From: Podarcis liolepis
Taxonomy: Eukaryota
Length of the DNA: 64,000 nucleotides
Reading direction: 5' to 3' (one strand)
Assembly: GCA_965112155.1 (NCBI GenBank)
Contig: OZ218099.1
A program made the position numbers and the translations under genes. Shown here in pieces: positions 12,760-25,200 of this stretch (the first letter of the stretch is position 1; each line of letters begins with the position of its first letter). The notes under the pieces were generated by a model. It saw nothing but the letters and a program-made list of their open reading frames with translations, was not told where the DNA came from and made no database searches.

Positions 12760-15700
12760 GAATTTGTTCCACGGCATTGTAAAAGACAAAAACAGACATG
12801 TAGCATTTTAACAAAAATACAATAACTGTTTCATATAAAATGCATTCCTATATTGCGTCAGAAAGATTAAGAGGACAGCTATCAGATACAAATGGCAAGA
12901 GTAGGCAATTGCAAGCCACAAGTCCACAATCTGTAACTGGAATATAGCATGTAAATTAAAGTATACATATATGGAGGGTGAAATTTTAATCACTTCAGAT
13001 ATTTGCAGGTTGCACATGTTTGAATGTGTAAAGCCTTAAAAATGCCCTCAACAACAACAACAAAAACCCCTGTGATCAAAGCTAGAATTAACAGTCATCT
13101 TTGTACACAAGAAAAATACACGGTCATCTTAACAGCCAAGAAAAACTGCAGTTTATTAAGTTTCAAAGAATCTTCGTACTCTTGAAAGCAACTTCTGGTG
13201 CATGTTTTTAACAATCACATTCTATGAGGAGAAATAACATTAAAAGCCACAAACTTTTTTTTTTATCTTTTCATCTCAGAGTTACAGACATCTTGAATTC
13301 AAAATGAAAGAAGGCAAAAAAAAAAAAAAAGTTCAACAGGATGTATTTGCTTTTTTTCTTATGTCCATCCCCAATTTTAAATGATCAGGAGTTCTTTTTC
13401 TACAACTCATTACTAAACTTCAGCATGGAAAATTGTATTGACTATTTCAATCCGCACATAGGCACATATGTATTATATATATATAAATATAATGTGTGTG
13501 TGTGTCTGTGTCTGTGTGTATTAAGGGAGAGAGATATATATACACAATACATATGTAGAGTGCGTGTAATGACAATGAGATGCAAGCACTCTGAGAAAAG
13601 GGTATTCAGCTAAATACACTACGAAAACTTGAGAAAACACAAGTCTGGAACCCAATCTGTGCATAGTTCATGATCCTCTAGAAAACCAGCTTTTGTTGAT
13701 TTGCAATCTTGCAGGACCCTTTTTAATTGGACAAAACCATTAAAAAGCTAATCTTTAACAAAACAAAAAATGTAATGCACAAGTTTCCTGATCCAAGCAG
13801 GCAGGGAGCACAATGTTCATATAATTTTTAAAAACATACTCAAAGGGTATGTTATTCCATTGTCTTTCTTCCTTTCAAAACAATCAAAAACATTGATCAT
13901 TTTTAAACATAAAGCAATTTTTAATATATAAAGCACTCTTCAAACATCTATTTCTTTTGAGTCCATTATTTGGTAAATATGTAACTGCTACACATTAGAT
14001 TAGGTATTTTTCTTCTTCTCTTACTGTCTTTTTATTTTTATTTTTTTCATTTTGTTTTTTAATAATATCTTCAGTGCTAGGAGTTGGGTTTAAAAAATAC
14101 ATGAAATGGTGTGGAGTTGCTCCTCGGGAAACCCGGCTTTCCTGAGACATCTTCCACCATGTGCAAGATAGTGATCACAATATTTTTCGCCACTCTTGAC
14201 GAAGAGGAGGAAAAAACAACAAAGGAGTACACAGCAATGGCCAAAGAAAAGGATAAACAACAACAACAACAATAACAACAACAAACACTGTTCAATCCCA
14301 GAGCTCTGAAGTAGCATATCTTCATTCTGAAAATAGGTTTCTTTATGATGGAAGTCTATTTTTTTTCTTTTTTTTCAATTCCTTTTTTATTTTAAAGTTT
14401 GAAGGAGGAAAAAAAAAGGTCTGTAAACAGGTGGGAGCCGAAACCGTAGGCTCCTCCAAAAGCAGTCAAAACCTATGTCCAAGTGCTTGTTTCCGTTCCG
14501 GCTTGCAGGGAACCATCCACTCTTTACAAGTATTTATGGCCACAGTTCAACAAGTTTTTTTTTTCCTTTTTTAAAACTTTATATTCCGAATGGGGGAAAA
14601 AATGGTGCAATACTCCGGTATTTATTTCCTTGCATTAGTCCACAATAAAAAGCTGCTAAAGGTAGATATACATATTATTCTCCAGAGATACACACTGTAA
14701 GTTTTTTAAAATGCAGTAAGAGTCCTTGAGTAAACATTTACACGTGAATTGTCGCCAGCCCCTCCTATCAGTTTTTTTTTTCAATTTTCTTTTTTAAAAA
14801 CAAGTAGGATTAGCTACAAGAAGGGCTGTGGACACTCAGTGCAAAGTTAGAAGCTAATAACAATTAAACGTTTGACCAAATAGCAAATCAAAAGCATATA
14901 CTGAGAAGTGGGGAAGGGGGAAGAAAGGAAAAAAGTCACACAATTTGTTCAGTTGTACAACTGGCGCGCACACACGTCCATACGCTCACACATCTATCCA
15001 TCTTTTTCCCCAATGCATACGTATAAGAAAGAACTTAACAAAAATATTCCTAGAGCCTGTTCTTTTGTTTTCTGGTGCCGACCTGGAAGTGTAATAATAG
15101 AAAGTGTTCACATTTTGTTATTGGCCTGCTGGATTCAAGTATAGTTGCATGTTTGATATGTTTTTTTAAAAAACCTTCTTCTTTTTTACTATTTTTTGGG
15201 GGGAGTTTAAAAAACAAAACAATGACACAAAAAAGTAATGAAACAAGTGTAATGTGCATAGGCAAGACCCGTGGGAGTAGTGGACATGGATATTCCACCC
15301 CACCTCTCAATCCAAGTCGTACAGCTGAGGGGCATAGGATTTGTTCCCCCCTATGCTGCTGACTGCTGACGGGCTGGTCGGATGCCATCCCCTACTGATT
15401 ACTGGATCCGCCTCTGGTAATGTGCATAATTATCACAGGCTCATTTTAAATAGGCTTTCTCACAACCCTCCCCCCCCCTTCATCCCTCCCCGACTCCCAC
15501 AGTTGATAAAATAACCCTTTCCAGCCCAAATTCTGAAAAGTGCCCTTCATGATAGAACTAGTCTAAGCAGCTTTTATACGTCTTTAAAAACACCATACAA
15601 ACATAAAAACAAAATTAAAAAGCCATTGGAAAAAAACCCACATAAAACCTATCATTAGCACGTGACACTGACCAAAGGGAGCCCATACTGTTGCACTAAC

Positions 15701-15878
15701 AGTTCACAAGGACTTCGGCAGAGTTTCATAGTCGATATTGGACAGAGGTACTAAAAAAAAGGGCTGCCAGTCTGATCTATTAAAGCTGGATTCTTCGCGA
15801 TGCCCTGGACTGGAAAGGGTTACCATTATTTTCCTTTAGTGCTGATGATTGTTACTTCCATTTTGTTTCTCTGGTGTC
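12760..15878 (-). other. TNRC6C: TNRC6C 3'UTR (distal end approximate)
   Basis: AU-rich sequence with no recognisable interspersed repeats directly after the stop; AATAAA on the minus strand at 13152-13157; several miRNA seed matches. Confidence 0.65.
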
Positions 15879-16239
15879 CTAGATGGACTCCCCGCTGAGA
15901 AGGTCACCTGGGAGCAGAGTATTCAAAGGCGTTGGGCTTCCAATAACCCTGCCGTCATCGGTACTGGGTGGACCCCAAAGGCTGCTTGAGTACTGAGGGA
16001 CCCCGCCCCAGAGCAGGTCACTGCTCCCTTTGCCACCTAGGCAGGGGGTATTCCAGTGGCCTGCATCGTTGCGCACCATGCCGTGTGAGCTGCTTGTGGA
16101 GCCCAAACGTGTCTGAGTGGTTCCAGTGTTGGACTGCCAACTGGAGGTGGGGGGCAGTGGCTGGCCTTGTGCTAAGAAACGGTTCACTTCCTCTTCTCCA
16201 GCGAACTCGGCCAAGATGGTAGTGTTCCCCAAAACGCAC
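15879..16239 (-). CDS. TNRC6C: TNRC6C last coding exon ([12 protein letters not shown]...DLLSGESI*)
   Basis: ttttcag acceptor; TAG stop at 15879-15881. Confidence 0.95.
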
Positions 16240-19200
16240 CTGAAAACAGAGAAAGACACAGAGATGCTCAAAGGTAAACCACACTCTTACCTGGGCTCAG
16301 AGAGGGGGATTTGTCTCAGGCTACTTTCATATTCTGTTATGAAACCCAATGCTATGAAAATCTAACAAATCAATCCTTATTGTTTCTGTTTTAATGTATG
16401 ATTATCTATATACTGCAATCATCACTCAGTGGACGGAATGCTAGATGTACGTATGAAAAAGCAGGGCTTGAAGCTCACTGCACCAAGAAAATCTATGGAT
16501 GCACGTAGCATATAAAGCGCACACGCATTTATTTTGCATACTTTATTTTGTTTTGAATATATAGACTTCTGTAGAGTTCAGAATATATATTTCAGATGAT
16601 AGACAACCTTTCCACAACCCATTTCTTTGGACCAGAATTCCAGATGCTTTGGACGACAACTTGTATAAGCCCTAGGCAGAGCAGCCATGCAGGCTGGGGC
16701 TGACAGGTACTGTGGTCCAAAACATCTGGAAGGTGATGCTGGATAGCAGGGGGTATATTAAAAATAACAGTCAATTCTACGTTGGCTGTCTCCTCAAAGA
16801 CAGAAGTGGCTATTATTTTTCAATCCATGGCCTTTGGTAAGGCTTGTGGTTGCTTGTTCAAATACCAAAATCATGGGTTTATTCTAGATCCTCATAATTA
16901 TATTCCACATGTATGCAAGTGTGTGTCCATCCACTTTTCTCCTCCTGAGCTGCTTTGGTAGTGTGGTTGACAAGAGGTACCATGCAAAAGCTGAGAGGGA
17001 GGGAAAGGCATTAGGCTGTGTTTGGGAAACAAATATTTCACCTGGAAGAGACCCTCCTCATGTGCCTTCTTCCCCTAGGAAATGTACTGGGCAAGAGTAC
17101 TGCTTTCAATTGCATGCCTCTGTGGCCTCAGAAATCATTTCTCCAGTCCCTATCTTCACACCCTCCTGCATGTCTAGCAATGAACACACCACACAGTAAG
17201 CCAAGGGGTGGAGACTACCATTCTTCTTCTTAATTAACTCTAATCACTACTTCTGGCCTTACATAATGAAATGCTGCAAAAGTACTCCATATCCAAAGCT
17301 GAGACTGATCTACCATGTCTCTAGGTTTCCTCCTCACCAACCCACATTTAAGTGGGTTACTGCAAACATTAAAATGTTAAACTTATTTTTATTGGTTTTT
17401 AATTCAGTGCAGGATAAAAGCTGCAGAAGCTTCGGGACTGCTGGTGAATGGAATTGGGAGTCCTAAGTAGGAGCAAATCTACCTTTTTTGGAATTTGCCA
17501 GTTTTTATAGGCATATCCTGTATCATGACTTTTCACTTAATGCCCTGCTCATGTAAATCTCACAGCTTAATTGTCATTATTCAGTTCTTCTGCTTCTGCT
17601 CTTACAGACACACCAAACTAAGACACAGAGGTCACATATGAACCACAGCAAATACTGAATAGATTGCATACATATGCAGAGATTTCTGGGCCTTCGCTGC
17701 TTCTTCCTTGGAACTGTATCGAACCACAGCATTCCCTTGAGTCAGGTTCAGATGGAATGTAATAAGAGGACCGTGCTGCAAGCATAGAGTACGCAGTGTA
17801 GAGCCATCAATCTAATTGGAAAAGGAGCACAAATGAGATTGATTTAGAGGCGTCATGAGCAACTGCATCACATTGGTTTTATCTAGCCTTTCTCCAAAAC
17901 TTAACTGCACTCACTTACATTCTCTCTGGAGATCCAGTACAACAAGAGAACTCACACCCACTTCTTTCTCTTTCTGCCTGCTCCCCGATATCAGCATAGC
18001 TACACTCAAGCTGTTTCTGTAAAGCCTCTGTGCCAAGTATTTTGAGGTCATGTTCATTAAGTCTGAAAGCTTTAATTGGTAGGATTGCTTAATTACCCCA
18101 TTAACCCAAAGAGAAATAAGACTTTAATCAGACTTGTCTTAACGTAAAGCATTTGATCTGGTTGCTAATGCTATGCATCTTCTGAGTCAGGGAACTTGCT
18201 TAAGATTATTTCCCAGAGTGAATTATTTCCCGGAGTGGTCAATGTGGTGCCGCCCTTCTGACACCAGCACTGCTGCCACTTACCAGGATGGGGGGGGGGC
18301 AGTGGCCAGGTCTGGGCTGCACAGGCACACCAGTGGGAACATTGGAATGGCTCCACTGATGCACCTGCACAGCTCTGTCCTACTCTGCACTGTCCAGGTA
18401 AGGAGCAGTGATGCTGGTGTTGGGAGGGTGACACGGCCCATCCACATCTAAAGATGGCTAAGATTTTTTCCCAGTTAGGGCAGACTCACTATACTAAGAC
18501 TACAGTTTCTCCTGCAACTGAAGAGGAAAGTTGTGTATCTCCTGCATGGGCAGGTGGCTGAGCTGAACCCCATTTCTGGTGGCCATGCATTTCCATATGG
18601 GACCGAGTGGCGACTTTCTTCAGTAATTACATGGAAAAGTGGATGTGTGAGTTTCTCATACAGAGTCACAGAGTTGTAGAGTTGGAAGGGATCCCAAAGA
18701 TCATCCCCTGCAATACAGGAATCTCAACACACAGTTCCCCATCCAATCTGAAACCATACCAGACCTTGTTTAAGTTTGCAAATGTTTTATAGCTGCACCA
18801 CTAGGAGGTCAGATAGCTGCTCTTACTGCTTCCATAGACCACCTAAAACCATCAGGGGAAATAGTACACTTTCTGTAACGTATACCAATAGCCATGCTAC
18901 TGAAAGACAACCTTGTATATTTCTGGGTATCAAATCATTTGATGTCCCCACTATTTTTAAGATCGCATTTCTGCATTACCTGATGGCCCTGTTTTACATT
19001 TGACAATGAAACCTGCAAAAGCAGGAGGAAGAACTCTGTATTTTCAAGGCAGCTTGTCTTCATTGCTCATACCTACTTCATGCGATATACTTTGCAAGGA
19101 TTCAACCAATAAATGAATAGGTTAGGATAGGGTGGGCAAAAGGATCTGAGTGATCTGCAGTAATTACTAAGGAATTCTGACTCCCTTTGGTTGAACCATA

Positions 19201-22200
19201 GCAACCACCTTTCCTTTCAGATTGGGCTGCTGAAATGAAGAAAATTTGGGAAGAAACTAGGATTGGATTTTGGTGAGAAAGCACTGTGTGCTACTATTGA
19301 AAACAAGTGTCTGGGCTCAGATCCCACAAACTTGGAAGTTTGCTCACTTCTGGGTAAGGAGATTCTATTTTAAATTTAGCAAACTTTGCAGCACTATATA
19401 AAAACACTGGGCTCTCAAGAATGAGGATTTGCATTTGGTTCTAGGTGTGTTTCCAAAGGGTTAAATGAGCTAATCCTAAAACGTACAGCACCCTGAGTGC
19501 TTAGGACAGGATGCACCAATGGCTGTGCTAATGCAGTGTCATAAACACTGACAATTATACAACACGAGGATTTAGAAGCAGGATGCCAAATTTTATCTCC
19601 CTGATATCTCAGATAGCCCATAGCTATTTTCTGAATTAATCAGGAAACTTTGCTTACCTGGGGTGTGAGGTTACGGAGGACCAGCCAGCTACTTGTTCTT
19701 CCTGAGCTGTCAGTACTCCATGCTGAGCCTATACCACAAAGAAAGGAAAGATTATGGAGAGCCCAACCCAACTTACTGAATGAAGGCTATACAACATGCA
19801 GGACACAAACATGAGGAATACAACTGCTATACGGATTCCTAATAAGGAGGTGACTTATCAAATGCCCACTAACCTCTTTTTTCTTGGTAGTGGCCCTGAG
19901 ACAGTACTGTAAATACCTATACCACCATCATGCATCAGATAACGTGGACTCTAGTCCACAAAAGCTAATGCAATAATAGCCTTTGAGGTGCCACAAGAAT
20001 CTTTGCTGTTTTTTTGCTGCAGGTTACCCCCCTGGAAACTGCAGAACTGATGTCTCTCTAAAGTCAGTGATGCTATGTTTCAGTAGCTATGAGGTGAGCT
20101 TAATGGCATGATAAGCAACCTGTGGCCTTTTCTGTTGTTATCCTTTGACACTGTTATCTGTCAAGTTTTGTTTTACAAAATGGCCAGATCATGATTTTAA
20201 AGATTGTGTTTAAAGACAATAGTTTCAAATGCTCAGAAGGCAATTTCAAAAGGATATTGCTGCTTCCACACCTCCTGATTTTCAGATATGCCGAGTTAAG
20301 GCCCCAGGAGTCCAGCTTATCATATTTGAATAGGTGATGTGACAGGGTACTTGCATAGAGCAGAATGCCATGTAAGGCACGGGATGAATGAAACAGATTA
20401 AGAACGTATCTTCCAGCTGTGATCCAGACATCTAGCACCCATTATATGTACAATAAAGCAAGCAATTCAACTCTAGATTTCCAGTTCATTATTTCTTCTA
20501 TACTAAGGCAGTGTTAATTGCTGAACCTGCACTGCTTCGACATTTAAATGGCAGCATTTTAAAAAGGCACATGACTTCCAAAGTCAGGTGGGTTACTGCA
20601 CTTAAGCTGAAATTTGAATCCTTGTTATTTGGCCACCAGGTGGAGCTCATAAAAAGCTAATAATGTGTGTTTTTCAAAGGGTTGATGGGAGCATTTCATT
20701 TCCACACTTACTGGTAAAACAATAAATATTGTGACACGTGAAGAAATCCATCTGAAACAGTGTATGGTGTGTGAAACAGAAGTAGCCAAATAAATGGATC
20801 ATAAAGTAAGGACAGGGAGAAATCTTTTTATGGATTTTGCATCTTATGGGAAGCTATGTATGCCTTAGTTACACATCTTCCCTTCATTCAGAATTAACTT
20901 GCACAGTTTTGCAAATAATTGGCATTGCTTTCCAGAGGATTCTGCCTGGTGCTGCACTAAGGGCCCACACTTAGCAGGAACATTTGGGTGTGATGGTATC
21001 AGCTGAAGAATTTTCATTAGCAGTTTTTTAAAAAAGCAAATCTAGTAAAGCCATCATAAGAAAAGACTGCTGGATCAGGCCAAGGGCTCATCTAGTCCAG
21101 CATCCTGTTCTCACAGTGCCCAAGCAGATGCCTGTGGAAACTGGCAAGCAGGACTTGAGTGTAAGATCCCTCTCCACTCAGCAAGTATCCAGGACTTCTG
21201 TCCCCTTTCCACTCCACTTCCTTCCTAGCTGATTGCTCATCCCAATCATGGCTTGCCTGAATCTTTGAAATCTCCGAATATAGCTGTTTTGTGCTATAGC
21301 AAGCTGTGCCACTTGTGCTGATCCTCCAACTAATTTTGCACTAGCATCAGTTATGGAGATCAACATGGTTCCCATTAGGACTGTGCAGAACAACCAGTAG
21401 GAAAACAGTGGCAAAATAGGTGCAATCATTCTTCAAAATGTTGATCTCATTTCTGCTTTTCCATGAATTCCAGAAGCTTAAGATAGTTATGTCCCATTTG
21501 CAGCACAAACAACCTAAGTCCTTCTTGCCTTTAACTGTATAGCCCTTGCTTACATTACAGTCTGAGGTTTCAACAAGACTCTGTTGTAGCCTGTTTTTGC
21601 CTTATGGGGTAACATGCCTCGTTTTACAAAATTCTGCTTAGCATATGCAGTACAATTGTGCATTATTTTCTCTACAAAAATATGGGGGAGCAGAGAGAGA
21701 AAGCTGGATCAATACCACTTTCAGTAACTTGCAGTGATTTGGTAAATAGGTATGAACTTATATACCAAATGATATAATCATGGACGCCAACAGCAAACTC
21801 ATTCTCTGAGTGTGGATCTTATCATTCATGCGGAAGAGAGAGGGGTTTGCAGGCTTGGAGGAACCTCAGCCGAGCTTATTCCCCAGTAAGTCTTCAATGG
21901 CTTTTATCCTGAATTACTGAAAGCACAACTGCTAATAGCACATAGAAATGCACCTGCCACAGAGGAAATTACTGAGAAAAGTACTTTCTGGGGAGAACTG
22001 TCACGTCTGACTGGTTGCACGAATTTTCCATCTCAGGAATAATCCAGCAAATGAGTGCATTCCACTCACCCTTTGAGGCCTACAGATTTGCTACATTAAA
22101 AAATCTGAACACAGAGAAAGGATAAGAACAAAAAAGTTGTTGTGTTGCCCCCCCCCCCAAAAAAAAACCAAGGAAAGGAAAAAAGACAGGAGTCAGGAAT

Positions 22201-25200
22201 ACCAGAGGAGTAAGAGCTGGTCCAACCCAGTGGGCTGGCACCCCAAGTAGACGATGGCTTGGTGTTTGTTAAGCCTGGAGGTGGTCTTGTAGGAGCAGTA
22301 GTGTTTCTGGGCACCTTCCACAGTTCATGGGACAGAGAGGCTTGTGTGTGAGAAATTGGGCCAGAGGACCACGTTGATTTGATGTCTGACAGTTTACCTG
22401 CAACAGAGAAATGCAATTCATGTATTTGTTAGAATGTAGTATAGGGACACTGAGTGATCCCCAGGGTTCTGTTCTCTTTACACCAGCATAATAAGCACTA
22501 TAGCAAACATTGATCATAACTGGCAGAGCTTCTCTTGCTAATATATCTGCATAATTAATCCACAGCCTTTAAACATTTGTTCCTCCTGGTTTGGACAACA
22601 GTCCCATTAGCGAATGCTTCCAGAGTCCAAACTGTAAGATCTGAAATTAATCTGACTTCTGAATAAAACAAGTCACTTACAGGTTTTAAATCACTAAGCA
22701 CATAACATTAGTCTTTTTTTCGTCTTCTTGAACTGGCGGAACTGTCATGTTTGTTTCTGGGTATGCTAGAGGTTATGGTGGATCAAGTCCCCTGCTAGTT
22801 CCAAAAGTGATCTGCTGACAAGCCCCATTGCCCCATCACCATATTTCATGCCTTCTCCTCTTCCTCCTCCTCCTTCTCTATCCACAGGAGGAAGAGAATT
22901 GCTGACATCTTAAGTTATTGCCCAGCAATTACCCTGGGTGCTCTCCAACTGTTTCTAGATAGCCTGAAAGCAGTAAGAGACCACATCAGGCTGTTTCTTG
23001 CTTAACAATATGTTAACTGTTTCCTCTCCTGTTATCTGTGGGGAAAGGATGATGGGAATGAAGGATGCAAGAGACAGGGAGATCTTGCTCCTTCTGCATC
23101 CTTTAGTCATAGTGTATTACTGAGTCTACACTATCATTGGCATTCTTGTACCTTGGCAGCTGTTACTTTGGCTCTCAGAGGGGAGAGAGTTGACCTCTCA
23201 ACTGCCATCCCAGAAATGAGAGAAGCACCTTTCTCTCCTTCTTTCTGAGGAGGGAGCGAAAGAGAGAAGGGAGTTCCTCATCTTGTTATCTCCTATATTA
23301 ATCTGAAATGTTTCCACAAGGACCCCTCATGGCACAACATTTATTCCTACAATCACACATCCCTTTCTGATTCCTTTTAATCATCACTACCAGAAATGAA
23401 TGGTATGTGTTCAACGAAAGCAAAGAAATGCACATTATTAAGCATCAATCATATAAATGATGTACTTAGAGGTCAGTAAGAAAAATGCAAGATAACTTCC
23501 CAGCCTTAAAATATTTTCACATGTATATAGAGGAAGCTGGTTCACACATGCAGTACTAAACACATTTACCACGGAGTATGCCCTGTGCTGTGAGAGTGTA
23601 ACTTAAACACACAGCCTTGTCCCAATATGAACCTCAAACTTGTGTGGCCTTCCTTAAAAAAAACCGGGGGGGAAAACCAGGACCTAGTCCTTAATTTGTG
23701 TGAAAACTGTACAGCTGTGATGTGTGTGAATTCACCTGCAGTCAAGTTGGTTCTCCTTCTAGAAACAATTTTTTCAACAAGATGAACTCAAAGGATAAAA
23801 ATGTTTAATGCTGCAAAAATGGTCTTACAAACCATATGAGTCTGATTTAAAAGTAATATTCAATGTTGAATCTTCATTTTTTTTAAAAAAAGAAAACATT
23901 TTCAAAACAGTTTTACCATTATGTCACATGGTCAGTGCACAATTCACCAGAGACTTACGTTGTTAAGCAGTATATAAATGGTTGAAGTAGATAAATGATA
24001 AGTAAAAATAGTAGTAGGAGAAAAGCTACATGAAGGAGCAGTGCATAAAAATTAAAATTAAGGGTAAGTAAACTTGTTTTATTTCCTTTTAAAGAATTGT
24101 TAACAGGCAATCTTTTAAAAATACACGCTTTACTGCTTAAACTAAAGAGCTGAAGATTTAAGATTGTAGCCACTGAGGCTGTCCTTTTAATGCAGGACTT
24201 CTGCCTGTGCAATGGGATTTCCTCTCCCTCTCTTGTCCCCATGCCTGTCATCTGCTCAGGAGGGTTGGGGGAACCCCCAGAACAGATTTGGGGACAGCGG
24301 CACATGGGAAGAAGATATTCCACTGCACAGACAAAAGCCCTTGAGCTGAAAGAAGAACTTGGTTGGATACAAGCCTTAATGGGTACATAAATATAAGAAA
24401 CCAAAAGCATGGCTACCTGAGCACAGGTCTGCATGAATGTAAATGACATTGGTGAGCTGTAGAAAAAGTTTCCACAAGCCACCAAGATCATTTACATTCA
24501 TGCAGACCTGTGCTCATGTAGCCGTTTTTGGTGTCTATTCTGTGTTGTTTGCCCCATATGGTTCCCAAAGCAAGCCCGTGGAGAGGGGAGATCTGAAATA
24601 GAGTATAAGATTCCAGCTGTACACCAGTTTCTCAGGACTTCAGGCAGTGTGGGCTTAGTAAAGAAAAACAGCTGAGCTTTCCCTATTACTTACAGATTTC
24701 AGCTTAAACTGCCCATTAAGAAATTCACAGTTACTGGAATTATCATTTGGACTATCTAGGCCTGCATCCAGCTGTGGTGGTAGGTTACATATTGTTTACA
24801 TCAAGGGGGCCAAAGTACTGTAAGAAGACCATGTAACTCAAAAACAGGAAAAATAAATGTTCAAAATATTTTTGAGGTTTTGGGCTACAGTAAAAAAACA
24901 TCAGATCCATGGGCTGTCCAGTTGCTGGCTGAAAAGGAGTTCAGCATTCCTTTCCATTTTCAGCAGTGGGAAACCCAATACCCTCACAGTCTTCAGTCTG
25001 GAGACCAAAATAAAACAGTATCATGTCAACATATTAACATTTTGATCATGGCTCTCAAAAATTACCTATCTGCTAGATGTTAAGTGTCTTATTTTGGCCA
25101 ATCAATTAAAATGCATAAATTTATAACTGCAACATTGCTGGCATTTTCATTCTAGTTAGGGTATGCCTGGCAGTATCTGCAGGTTGAAGCCCCACGTCTC

